A stretch of 64,000 bases of DNA from Lobosporangium transversale. Lineage: Eukaryota. Position 1 is the stretch's first letter. Every line of letters begins with the position of its first letter. Shown here one piece after another: positions 52,146 to 64,000 of the stretch. The DNA is taken from positions 1-64,000 of the forward strand of contig NW_019029024.1 in NCBI RefSeq assembly GCF_002105155.1. The letters are read 5' to 3'. The translations under genes and the position numbers were made by a program. Below the pieces are notes generated by a model that searched no databases, had not been told where the DNA came from, and saw nothing but the letters and a program-made list of their open reading frames with translations.

Positions 52146-54889
52146 TTAGTTAGGGGTACATAGGGTTTCAGAGCCGTCATGATCATCATTATTTATGCTA
52201 ATCTTGCTGCCTTTATCCCTGAGGACAGCCAGAGTTTTCTCAAGACTTGGTTGATAGCATGGGGTGAGTGTGCCAGTGTCTTTGATTAGAGGTAAAAAGG
52301 ATACCTGTGGACGATAGCATACCACCCTGGACAAAAGAGACTTCCATTGCCGCTCTGGCATATTCTTGATCCAACATCGAACCATGCTAGCCCTGACACC
52401 CTATAGATTAAGGAGCAAAATGAAGAAGAAGAAGAAGAAGAAAAAAAAGTCAGCAATGGCTCACGTTGATTTAAAAAAAAAAAAAAAAAAAAAAAAGAGT
52501 CAAGAATCAACTTTGACGCGTAAATAACGATCGATTCAGTTCAAAGTAATAAAAAAAAAAAAAAAAAAAAAAAAAGATGGACTTACTTTGGCAGAGATCA
52601 AGGCTATCATACGGCTGTGGTCAAATGCTAGTTTGGCAATGGGGGCAGACTCTTCTTTGTACTCTTTGAATATCTTTTCTACGTCTTTTACAGATTTGGA
52701 TGTCAAGACATTAAGCCAATTTGCAAGCACTACTGCATCTTGCATTGCAACTGCTGCTCCTTGTCCGCCTGCGGGATGAACCTAAAAGGAGAAGGAAAAA
52801 AAAAAAGTCAATTTTACTGGTTTCCATTTTCAAAGCTCAAAAACCAATGAATGAATATTCCTTAATCAGTGTTGCATTTGTCTGTATAATACCTTGTGGC
52901 AGGCTAATATCCATTGTAATTGCAATAAGTATTAAGGGAAAGGAAAAAAAAAAGCAAGGATTTGGTCCAATCATGTCAGATCATGAAGCAAAAAACGATA
53001 GTGTTGAAAAAAGAGAGCAAGGTACAATCATTTTTTCCACTTACCATCTCCAATCAATACAGTCCTGCCATGATACCATGTTTCGAACAACTTTTCTTCC
53101 AGAATGGCCTTTGAGATCTGGTTCTGTGGGGTATTACTGATGATATCACCCATGGTAAGGTTTCCGTTGCCACCTGGAAGAGGAAAGTCCCAAACGTCTT
53201 CACACATTGCAATGGCAGCTTCAGCTCCCCATTCCGTGTTTCGGAAACTATCATTGAGCTTTGCTGATTCTCCATCCAGATACTGAATAACACTCCAACA
53301 TATGACATTATCTGGTGCTGTATAAGTAGACCACTATATAATATCCAAGGATGTATAAAACACAAAATCAGTTTTTTTTTTTTACCCCATTACAATTTTC
53401 AAAAAGAAAGAGAAAAAGAGAGAGATGGAACAAGTAAAATTACCGAATAACGCCTGTCTGTTGCGACGATATTTTTGTAGTGGCAAAGAGGGTTCGTCAA
53501 TTCTGGAACGACCGATGGATCCATTGGGGAGGATTGTCCAACGAGACATACACAACTATAGGGCAAAGCTTTATCGTCACATGAGGGTAGCTTTCCTTCC
53601 TTCTTCAATTGTTCGTATAGGTTTTGCCGTACCCCTGAATATGCACCATCAGCCCCAACGAGGATATCGCCGTCTGCAAATGAACCATCTGAACATCTGA
53701 TCTGAACACCAAGGTCACCCTGCACGGTGGAGAGGATTTTTTTGCCCATGTGGAGCTTATGAGGAGGTACTTGTTTGAGGAGTAGATCGTATAATGCACT
53801 CCGTGGGATGATGTAGCCCGCTGAACCTCCACTAGAGAGGAAAAAAGGAGAGAAATGAAAATAAAATTAATATAAAGGCGCGTCAGGAGGAGTGAGCATC
53901 TAAATGGCTAGTAGATAATATATTATAATGAGTCTAATGCATATTTATATGATGACAAAAGCAAAGGCAAAGGCAAAGGCAAAGGCAAAGGCAAAAGCAA
54001 AAGCAAAGTTGATGGTTCCCCATGCATTGGGTTTTTCTTCTTCTTCTTATTTACAGGAAAGTAGAGGCCTTAAAGTCCATTACAAAAGTAGGCTTGCGTT
54101 TCTCGTTGAAGAAATCCATGTGTTCACATTTTTTGCCTCTTGCTGTAAACTCGTCGTAGATGCCAATTTGTTTGAAGAGTGGTGTAATATTGGCACCGAG
54201 ATATACAGCCGAGCCTTTTTGTTGTTGTTGTTGTTGTTGTTGTTGTTTTTATTGTTTGATAATCCAGAGACGCATGTAAGGAAAGAAAGAAAGAAAGAAA
54301 GAAAAAAAAAAAAAAAAAAGCCATTGAAATATTTATGTTATAAAAATAAAAAGATAGAAAAGGTAAGCACGAATTGGTTAGGCAATTAGATAGACAGACA
54401 AGGAGGGACACAGACAAGCATACAGAGTACTTTTTCTTTTTTCTTTTTTATTGTTGCCAAAGAGACAAAGGAAACAAGAGGAAACAAGAGGAAGCAAGAG
54501 GAAGCAAGAAGAAGCAAGAGGAAACAAGAGAAACAAGAGATAAAGGAGAGTTATATTTTTCTTTCTTTCTATCTTTTTTTTTTTTTTTTTTTTTTTTTTC
54601 TTCTTCTTCTTGTTCTTATTATCCTTATTTTTATGCTTGTTCAATTGCTTTAGTTTGTTAAAGTGGTTATATAATCATTATAATCAGATAATCATTATAG
54701 TCATGGCTTACCAAGGGTTTTTACTTCGGCCGATCGTTCATAAATGTCGTATGGAATGTTTGCTCTTTCAAGCAAGATGCCAAGCATCAGCCCAGCGATC
54801 CCAGCACCGACTATCAGTACCTTTGGTTTCCCTTGAGTGGAGACGGAGAAGGAGTCGGGATTCAACATTTTGGAGGGAGATGTACACAT
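52146..54889 (-). CDS. FAD-dependent monooxygenase paralog 3 (start 54889 or 54868)
   Basis: KVLIVGAGIAGL; LVGADGAYSGVRQ; RTVLIGD|ACHK|VHPAGGQGAAVAMQDAVVLAN; CYRPQVSFLP. Confidence 0.92.
53955..54008. repeat. (GCAAAG/GCAAAA)n hexamer microsatellite inside an intron of monooxygenase 3
   Basis: Read directly. Confidence 0.85.
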
Positions 54890-55050
54890 GTTCGTATTAC
54901 AACAGTATACAGGAACAACAACGGATAGAGATAAAGATAAAGATAAAGATAAAGATGGCACAACAATAACAAAAGAATAGCTTCTATAACAATCCTTCCT
55001 TTTTTTTTTCTGTATACACAAGGGGAGGGGGTAGATAAAAGAAACAATAG

Positions 55051-55120
55051 AAGCAAAGCAAAGCAAGCAAAGCAAGCAAAGCAAAGCAAAGCAAAGCAAA
55101 GCAAAGCAAAGCAAAGCAAA
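55051..55120. repeat. (GCAAA)n-type microsatellite upstream of monooxygenase 3
   Basis: Read directly. Confidence 0.9.
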
Positions 55121-55533
55121 GGGAAGAGAGACAGGGGAGAAGAGAGGGCGTACAAAAGAGGAGAAATTAATGAATACTGAATATGGAATATTAAAAGGGT
55201 CTGTGTGTTTGCTAAAGTGGACAAAGCGAAAGACAAGGTTGTCGGTTGCAAAGAGCGGAATGAATGCGGAGATGGAAGCAATGAATGATGGAGATGATGG
55301 AGTTGAAAGAGAACCGAAAACTAAAAAAACTAGAAAGAGAAGGCCAAAAACTCCTTCTTTTAAGAGTATATAAACATACATATATATATATAAATGTGTA
55401 TGATGGAAAAGAAGCAAAGTGCTCATAATTCTTTTCTGTCTATTCATCCTCTCTCTTTCTCTCAATATTCAATGTTCAATGTTTAATGTCTGTTTGTCAA
55501 CTCTCTCCAAGCATACACACACATTGTTTTTGT

Positions 55534-55534
<1 letters not shown>

Positions 55535-55568
<34 letters not shown>
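55535..55568. repeat. (CT)n microsatellite
   Basis: Read directly. Confidence 0.9.
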
Positions 55569-55571
<3 letters not shown>

Positions 55572-55629
55572 GTTTGAGTTATCGACCAACAAGATTTAAT
55601 ATCAAATCAAAACAAATATGTTTGCTTTC

Positions 55630-55665
<36 letters not shown>

Positions 55666-55787
55666 TTGTAAACCATAAGAACATTGGCCATGGGGACAAG
55701 AGAAAGGACTATCGCATTGAGCACGTCTTTTTTTTTCCTTTTTTTTCTTTTTCCTGACCTGAATAACCTGAATGACCTGAATAGCCA

Positions 55788-55829
<42 letters not shown>

Positions 55830-57103
55830 TACATGCAATGCATGCATTGGCTAGATAGATAGTTAGATAGATAGATAGCTAGGGTTGGTCAGAGTTGTAT
55901 GAATAGCATTTTTTTTTTTTTTACAAAACGGTCAACCCTTGTGCCAATTCCAATTGCAGTAAGACCCGTTTGGACCTGTTACAAACAATGGTGTATGTGC
56001 CCTTTCCCCCTTACTCACCTGCATCCTGTACCACTCAGCTCACTTCATCTCTTGCTCAATAAAAATGCTTTGTTTTTCAGGACATCAAACATTTCTAGGA
56101 TAGCAAAGTATCTATTCTATCATACATGTTGAGTTGACAATGAAATGAGCAACAATAAATAAAAGAAATATTTATATATAAAATTGGTCAATGTAAACGG
56201 AATGAATGAATGAATGAATCTCTCAAATGAAAAATAAACTGTTTGCCGGATATATTTTTATTGATCATTCACCCACCATGCACGTCTTTTTTTTTTTTTT
56301 TTTTTTTTCCCTCCACTACGCTTTTTTTGCACTTTTGCACTGCAGATAAATGCTGCAAGTATAAAAATGCCACAGCAACACTCATTGGTCGATGCATGTG
56401 GTCCGTTAAAAAAAAACCGGTTAAATCGCAAGATCTATCAAAAACAAAATCTCCTCTCTCTTAGACATGAACACGACATCTTTGTTGACAATCCATATTA
56501 TCCCCACATTAGCCCTTTTTATTTTGTTTTGTTTGTTTTGTTTTTTCCTTTATTTTGTCCGCTTCATTTAGTTCCGGCCAATTTCTTTTTTCTTTTCTGC
56601 TGTACACTTTTTTTTTTTATTTTTTATTTTTTATTTTTTTTATATTATTGTTTCGCGGTCGTACCCATTGGTGCCATTTGTTTTTCTTTTCTTTGCACGG
56701 ATTAAACGTATGGATGGAAAGAAGAAGAAGAAGAAGAAAAGAAAAAAAAAAAAAAGAGGGGGTGGGGAGGAGAACTAACAACCAATGCGGAGTTTTTTTT
56801 TTATTATTACTATTCTTTTCTTATGAATCCCTTGAGAGTTCCAACATAGTAGATGTACTTTGTAGTTTGTAGTTTATAGCTTGTGTAGTTTATAACATGT
56901 AGTCTGTGTAGTTTTTCATTCTTACCATTAGCCGATAAGCTGCAGTCAAGATGGCGCCATCTTTATCTCTATCAACCTCTCTTACTATAGTTTTTTTTTT
57001 TTTTTTAAATATCCAGGATAAATGCGTTCGTGGGTTGTGCACCTGCATGCATTTGTTGCATTTGTCGCATTTTATTTATTATATTCATGACAAGCATGAC
57101 GGG

Positions 57104-57144
<41 letters not shown>

Positions 57145-57230
57145 CAAGATAGACAGACATGTACCGTAGACATGACACAGACATGCATTTCTAAATTCTA
57201 GATAATATTACTTCATGGAAATATAAAAAA

Positions 57231-57232
<2 letters not shown>

Positions 57233-57268
<36 letters not shown>
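57233..57268. repeat. (GA)n microsatellite
   Basis: Read directly. Confidence 0.9.
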
Positions 57269-57271
<3 letters not shown>

Positions 57272-58045
57272 AGAGAGAGGAGAGAAAAGAGAGAGCGAAG
57301 GAGGCCAGACCCTTTTTTTTTTTAAGAATGTACGTCTGTAAAATATATTGTTCAGTCATTGGACAGAATTTTGTCATGACCAACAAACAGGTCCTATCCA
57401 ATCGTTGATCTATGCCGAAAAGTCCATCAAGGCGTTTACCCTGTCTCACATACAAATTTATAAAATGTATGAACCATGTACGACACCAAAAAAAAGCATT
57501 AATAATTCATCGCAACATTAATTGTAATGCTGTCATACAACAGGAAGCAATAATAATAAAAAACTGTGCGACCATGTGGGACAACAGAAATGTTGCGACA
57601 GGCCAAACCGGTACAGCCATTGGTACACAAAAAGCACAAAAGACCCTTTTTTCCTTTCTATCTTTACATCTTCATTTTTTATTATCCTTACTATTTTTTA
57701 TTTTTTATTTTTTAAACATTGAACATTGTGGACTTTTGAACGTGTCTCTATTGCAACCTTCCCTCTATTCTAATTTGCTTCTTATTAATAGCAAATAATA
57801 ACAATAACAATAACAATAATAATACTAATAATAAAAAGTCCCTCTCCTCTCCCTTCCATTACCCCTTCTCCTTCTTTTCTTTTCTGTCTTTTCTCTTTTG
57901 CTTATCAATGCACCCTTCAATGTTTTGTTTTTTGTTATTGTTTTTGACCTTGGTCTTGGTCTTGGTCTTGGCATTGTAATTTTTCATTGGTATCTTTTTT
58001 TTTTTTTTTTTTTTTTTCCTCTTCTTCTTGGTCGGTCCTTATCTT

Positions 58046-61000
58046 TTAATGATGGCTCTTGCTGATATCTGAAAAGTACCCAAGCAATTCCTGCATCGAG
58101 AATTCCATCTGAACGCCTGCATCCGGGTAACACTCTCGGATCAATCTCGAAAACCGTTCGTGTTGTCGGATAATCTCCTCTTGAATACCTCTCCAAGCTA
58201 CCTGCAAAAGCCCTTCTTCTTCTTCTGAGGTGAAATGTTTTTCCACCTTCTTGTACAGGTGTGCTAGATCCTTCTTCACAACCGATCCCGAATACTGTGA
58301 GACCACCTTCTTGAGTGCTTGTTTGTTATATGTCAAATGGAACGCCACGTCTTCTGAAGCCTTGGCCTTGACTAGACCCTCCACTCCATCAAAAAAGTCC
58401 TATAGTTTCAAAATCCATACACGTGTATAGTATGTATATAAAAAAAAGACACTAGAGTCAGGATACTATAGTTGTAGACATGGAACGTGTCCAAAGATAC
58501 ATTCTTGTTCAACTAGACCCAAAATAAGGCAAACAAGCTAAATCGGGGGTCAAAACGCTTACCAAAAGCTTCAACAATGTCCGTCGGACAACTCCTCGGA
58601 CATATGTCTCTAGATGACTCTCATATGAACTCTTTGCATACTTCATGTAGTTTTCGAGGTTCGGGATCTTACGCTGCCGCAACTCTGAATAAAAGTGATG
58701 CATATTCTCAATGTTGATCACATGGGATCCCTGCTCCTTATCATCAAAGTCCACAGTCTCCTTGGCCAATGCTTCCGTAGATTCGAACATTACCCTAACA
58801 AGTTTATCATACGCTGTCGTGATCAACTTGCGAGCCTCAATATCATCATTGCCATCGAGTAACGCCTCCATCCTCTCGGCGAAACGCTACAACAAGATAG
58901 ACAAACAAATAAATATGCAAATAATTAATCAATCAGTCAAAACTCTATTTTTTTTTTTTGTTGCCTCATAAGAGATAACCTTGCATTCAAAAAAAATAAA
59001 AAATAAAAAAGAAAAAAGAAAAAAGAAAAAAAAAAAGAAAAGAAAAGAAAAAAGCTTACAGGGAATATACGCATAAATGGTAAGACGCCCTTCCTCTTGG
59101 TCTTGTGCCGCGCCTCTTCAATAAACTTGAGCTGCTCTTCTACATACTTTTCAAACATGCCCACAAGTTTAGTGTGTAGCTGAGACAGCATCGTAATCAA
59201 AAAAGCTTGATCAGATTCCACAAAATCCTTCTGCACACGCTCTACAGCAATCATCATTCCAACACATTGGCTATAGGTGCGTAATAAAATAATAATAATG
59301 ATAATAATAAGAGTAAGAGAGCAGAACATTAATTTCAACATCCATATTTGAGCCATCATAGCAGTATGCAGAAAACTTGGCAACATAACTTCAAAAGGAA
59401 AATAAAATAAAAGAAAAAAAAAAAAAATTATACATACACACTTTCGTTCTTCACTCCATTCTCTGCAAAGTTGTTCAGCTCAACGCTAAGACCATCAAAC
59501 AAGATACCCATCAATTGCGCCAGTCGCTTGGAGCTCTTAACATCAAGACTAGGTTTCCTCTTCTCATCCAGGTCCTGAAGCGAGAAAGGTGGTGGGTCAT
59601 CAATAAACATCCGCATAGACATCATCTTGGTCAATGTAAACAGGTCTGACATGTAGTTTTGTTCCCGTGCTGCCATAGCAGTTACAATCGACAATGCTTG
59701 CGAGAATGCTTCATCTATAGCAAGCTTCTCTTCAGCAGCCACATCAATCCTGCGTGATGATTCTGACAACAAAGTGCCGTCCCTATCCGCCACAGGCTGG
59801 CCTTTAATCTCGCGCGTCGAGCGTTTACGCCATGGAATCCTACCAGTTAAATCAGAAGGTGAAGATAGTGATTCACGGAGGGCTGTTCCTCCTCGTGATA
59901 TAATGCTGCCATGGTATGTAGATCCAAACACTAAACCATACCAAACAAACAAATCAAACAAGTACAACACAATGTTAGAAAAAAGAAAAAGTTAAATGAA
60001 TCATTACTGATTCAATAATTAATTACAGTCTTACCAAACTCGGAATCATCGGGTTTTTCTAACTTGGCAAGGTGATGAGTCGAAAGAACATTGAAAAACT
60101 CCTTGATTTCCTTGCGGAACAGTCGATTCAGGTTATTTACATAAATCTAGAGCATGGAAGAGACAACCCATTCACCTTGTAAATCAGTATCAACAAGCCA
60201 AGGAGCGGAAATAATTCTGCTTCCAACAGCTTTCAACAATAAAAAAAAAAATAAAAAAATAAAAAAATAAAAAAAAAAAAAAAAATAAAAAAAAAGTGCA
60301 AGCCTAACCATTTGCAAGTCTGCGAACCGACGCTTTGGATCCATCTCTCTCAACCAAAGAATCAATCCGCGGTAGCTGATCAAATACTTTTCAATAGGCT
60401 CGTATCCAAAAATGACCACATATCCTTTAGTCAGTGATCTCTGCTTGTCATTCAAATACTGATCTGTCAATGTCTGTATCTTGTTCCTCAAATGATCTGC
60501 TAACCGGCCTGCAAAATTCTCGCAGTGGTAACTATATAGTTCCATCCGTCCTCTGACAGCGCTCATGCCCGCCACATCCTCATCATATTTGGCCAACAAC
60601 ACATCCTGAATCACTGCTGCTGCATCCTCGATCTTGCGAATCCCTCGGTCAGTCTCCAATGTTTCCTTTTTCAACGTTTCAAGGACTCTATCAGGAATTG
60701 AAATAGATACCAGTAGATTCTCAAGCTCTCTTAATAGACTAGCTTGATTAGATGTCTGTACTTGCAGTCCACGGTTCTGAGATTCGATTTGTCGAATGTC
60801 ATCGCCCATAGAATCCAGCTCCTGTCGATAAAGTGAAAGCCAATTATCCATATCATCTAATTCTTCAATTCCCTTATCAAGCTCTGCCATCACATCCTTA
60901 ATCCTTGTATCTGACTCGATGATGGAATATACGTTCGCCATCTCCAGTGAGTTCAACTCGTTCATCAACCTCGTTTCCAACGCAACGCCATCCTCGTTCG

Positions 61001-61780
61001 AGGCTAGATCCATATCGTATAATAATTCTTCCAGATTCATAAGGGCAATCTCGTCTAGAGCGTCAGCCTCGTCCATAAACTTTGCTCCATTACGCTCACT
61101 CCTTGGACTATTTGATCCTCCAGGCGCAAGGGTTGATCCTAATGATGACACGGATGGGGCAACACTTCGCTTCATACGCTCTGTTTGAATGGATAGCCGT
61201 TGTTCAAAATCCTGCACAAATGATCCTGCAGAATTAGCAGCATTGCCGCTGTCGGGTATAGGGGCCATCCTGTGGTTCCTGGTATTGGTGGTGGCAGCCA
61301 CTTCTCTTGCCACGTTGAATTGTGCTATTTGATTTCGATTGAGTTATATTAAATTAAATTAGGCTAACCAAAAAAAAAAAAGCTTATATCAATTCATAAT
61401 TGATAGGGTCCAAGGAATTGATGTCTCTCCCTTACTTGCTAATGCTGGCTCGTCAATATTAATTAATGTCGGTAGCCTCTTCAAGTTACTTCTCAGAACC
61501 TGTCACATATATATTTAACAAACATGCTGTCAGTATTGATGAAAAAGCTGGTTTTTTTAAGATAAGAGATACTCTCGGAACAAAAAGTTGTGTCAATAAG
61601 AGACCTAACAATACCTTGAGTAGCATCATTAAAAAGTCATTCTTGAGTTCAGAGGTATCTGTTACCCAAACATAAGGACGATTGATAACCACTGTCCAGC
61701 GCTTTGCCTAAAGGATATATATATATAAATACCATTAAAAGAAAATGAATGACGTGAGAGGACTGGAAAAACAGATTAAA

Positions 61781-61813
<33 letters not shown>

Positions 61814-62333
61814 GTGATTGACTTACATCCACGTTCTCAATCGATTTAATTTCATCCAGATGCCAAGTCCTTCCAATATGGTAAGAAGTTGCCGAGGTCT
61901 TCTTCACTTTATGTAGACGCACTTTCCCATTTGCCTTGACTAAAATGATCCAAAAGAACATGATGCATCCGCGTTGCTTCCTGTCAATATCCTTTTATTT
62001 TATTTTCTATCTTTGTACAAAAAAGGCCGAAAAAATAAAAAAAATAAAAAAAAAAGTTACCTGTCATGCAGAGATATCGAGGTTTGGAAAGCATCTTTGT
62101 CCTCTCAGCACTACCACCTTTCTTTCCAGAGGACATGATCTTTGTTTCCTTGGTTGCCTTTTCTTCCTCATAAATCTTGAGATAAGTTAACATGGTTTCC
62201 GAAGTAGAAGCTAGATAAGAGACAAAAAGAAAAAAAATATATAAATATATATATATATATATATAGCAAAAGTTCCTTGTAAATTTGCTCGAAAAGGTTA
62301 TTGACATATATGTATTCTCTTCTCCTCTTTTTC

Positions 62334-62364
<31 letters not shown>

Positions 62365-62528
62365 TTTTTTTTTCTCAATTGAAACCGGACCCTCGCATAC
62401 ATTTATTATTTTCACTCACATGAACTGTCGGAAAACAGGGCTTGGATCAATTGTTGCCTCACTGGGTCTTCCTTTGCCTTGGGTACAGCCATAGAGGCTG
62501 TCAGCCCGCCTCCTGCATGACCCGCCAT
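58046..62528 (-). CDS. SEC3: Exocyst complex component Sec3/EXOC1 with N-terminal PIP2-binding PH-like domain, multi-exon
   Basis: KPRYLCMT|VKANGKVRLHKVK...IGRTWHLDEI...RPYVW; IESQNRGLQVQTSNQ; INIENMHHF; LYKKVEKHF...LLQVAWRGIQ motifs. In-frame ATGs at 62528 and 62492. Confidence 0.93.
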
Positions 62529-62944
62529 ATCAAAGTTTCCTTGGTTTTACACAAGCTGTTTCTGTTGGGTCCTCTGAAGATGAAAAAAATTGACCTGCTC
62601 TTTTCTTTTTCCTTTTTTTTTTTTATCTTTTATTTTTTTTCCTTTATTTTGGCGCTCCTATTCCTTCTTATTATTATTTTCCTTGAATGAGTAAAAATCC
62701 GTCAACTGACTACAGTGTTGCGCGTCTTTCAGCTGAATAACGAGTTTCCGCTTATTGTAACTAACTGATGTTCCAATGAAATAGAGAAAGGTATGAGTTG
62801 GAATGAAAGAAACTCAAAGTTCGAGGTGCGAGACGAGAACAAAGATGATGACTTCCTTTACCTCCTCCCACTTCTCGAATCGCCAGCAGAATGTGACTTT
62901 ATCAGGGCAAAGTTCGTCACGTGCAGTCTTTAGATAAGTTTTGT

Positions 62945-62979
<35 letters not shown>

Positions 62980-63524
62980 AACGCGACTTCCCATACCTGT
63001 CCCTGGACTTGCCAGTAATAACCATTAGTTTTCTCCTTGAATGGCCGCTATCCATGCAGAGGAACTAGTTAGAGCCGTCAGAGTTCACTGCATCGTTCAA
63101 AAACAATAAAAAAATCCAACCGGGGTAGCCCCAGTCAGTTCTCAAAAATGTGATACAAAGATAACGATAGCAAAAACTGAAACTAAGCTTCTTGAAGTTA
63201 CGCCAGTTATCAATAAATACTAAATACACACATAGCCCAGCTTTTCCACATATTCCCAGCACCCCAAGGACTGTGACATAGTCATCAAAGAATACATGTT
63301 TGTCAAAGCACTGATACATCATACGTCCCTTGGGAAAGTGAGTGCATCTATATGCTAAAAAGTATTGTTCAAGGAGCGCAGGGCAGTCAATACCATGTGC
63401 CGGTGTTCGGATCTGGTTTTTGCTGTTTCATATGGAGCCTGCATTACAAAAGATGTTATGTTTATTATATTAATAAATATTTATATATATATATATATAT
63501 ATATACTACTCAGTGTTACAGGCA

Positions 63525-64000
63525 CTAAAGTCCATCTTCTTTCTCTTCGTTTGACACAATTTGCTGAGGAGCTCCTACTGGAGTTGTTCCTATATCCTTA
63601 CTTGCATTCTGAGCAGAATGCGTGCTGGCCTGACTTTCAAGCTGATCAGGTGTTGGGCTAGGATTCCGGATGGAGAGTGCAGAAACCCCTTGAGAATGTA
63701 TGCTCGTGGGCCTCTGTGGAAAAAGTCTTGATTCGCCTGGTACAGTATGCTCAGCATCCAAGGTACGTAGCGAGACATTCTCTCCTGACGATCCATGCTG
63801 AGATACATCGAGATGCCGCGAAGTTGCATTTTCCAGAGCGTCTTGTGATTGTTGACGACTGTATCTCGCATGAAGAGGATCATTGGGTCCAAGTTGCACC
63901 ATGGAAGTAGCAACAAACGATTGCTGCGAACTTGGACGTTGCCTCTGAAAGCCATTGTTATCCGAGTAGATACCTCCACGTGAGTCACCAGATTCAACCA
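63525..64000 (-). CDS. 3' portion of an unknown, likely disordered protein running off the window edge
   Basis: One frame is open from the window end (VESGDSRGGIYSDNNG...) to TAG at 63525. No recognisable motif. Confidence 0.55.
   Translation of the reverse strand, partial: VESGDSRGGIYSDNNGFQRQRPSSQQSFVATSMVQLGPNDPLHARYSRQQSQDALENATSRHLDVSQHGSSGENVSLRTLDAEHTVPGESRLFPQRPTSIHSQGVSALSIRNPSPTPDQLESQASTHSAQNASKDIGTTPVGAPQQIVSNEEKEDGL

Noticed and set aside
39050..54889. Secondary-metabolite biosynthetic gene cluster
   Set aside because: No backbone synthase, transporter or cluster regulator is present; it is better explained as a paralog array.
54701..55465. 254-aa hydrophobic ORF suggesting a membrane-anchored monooxygenase
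   Set aside because: The hydrophobic part is translated (GCAAA)n, (AAGATA)n and similar simple repeats. Only the last ~55-60 codons are real exon 1.
61709..61719. ATATCCTT on the minus strand, resembling a U12-type intron donor in SEC3
   Set aside because: It lies directly before the AG acceptor of an ordinary GTAAGT...AG intron. The copy near 61988 is on the non-coding strand.
62501..62518. Short MQEAG* ORF looking like a uORF before SEC3
   Set aside because: An in-frame ATG at 62528 lies further upstream, so this is probably an out-of-frame ATG inside the CDS.
63065..63322. 85-aa hydrophobic ORF upstream of SEC3
   Set aside because: No recognisable motif or splice link to the neighbouring genes; cannot be supported.

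Overview
Intron-rich fungal genomic DNA with GT-AG introns and very long poly(A/T) tracts. Gene content and style suggest an early-diverging fungus, most likely Mortierellaceae (inference). Bases 1-38 kb are a dense block of mostly conserved genes: MetR/Cys-3-type bZIP (3' end), mitoribosomal mS23/Rsm25, SRP14, molybdenum cofactor sulfurase, a kelch membrane protein, pirin, ERI1 exoribonuclease, RNA Pol III RPC82, a DH-BAR-SH3 RhoGEF, CTK1/CDK12-like kinase, an unknown protein with Crypton/Ndc10/Gcr1-like ends, Mad3/BubR1 and a uridine-kinase-like protein. Bases ~38-58 kb form an accessory-looking island: three paralogous FAD-dependent monooxygenases around a divergent pair of a secreted bulb-type-lectin protein and an F-box protein. 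SEC3 and the 3' end of an unknown gene follow. Most notable observations: a probable domesticated Crypton-derived DNA-binding protein, a uridine pseudo-kinase (GKE P-loop, catalytic Asp replaced by His), a pirin with an apparent secretion signal, a secreted two-domain lectin, a 5-nt microexon and a conserved 11-nt microexon. Exon boundaries were read by eye and no database searches were run. No tRNA, rRNA, CRISPR array or intact transposon was recognised.
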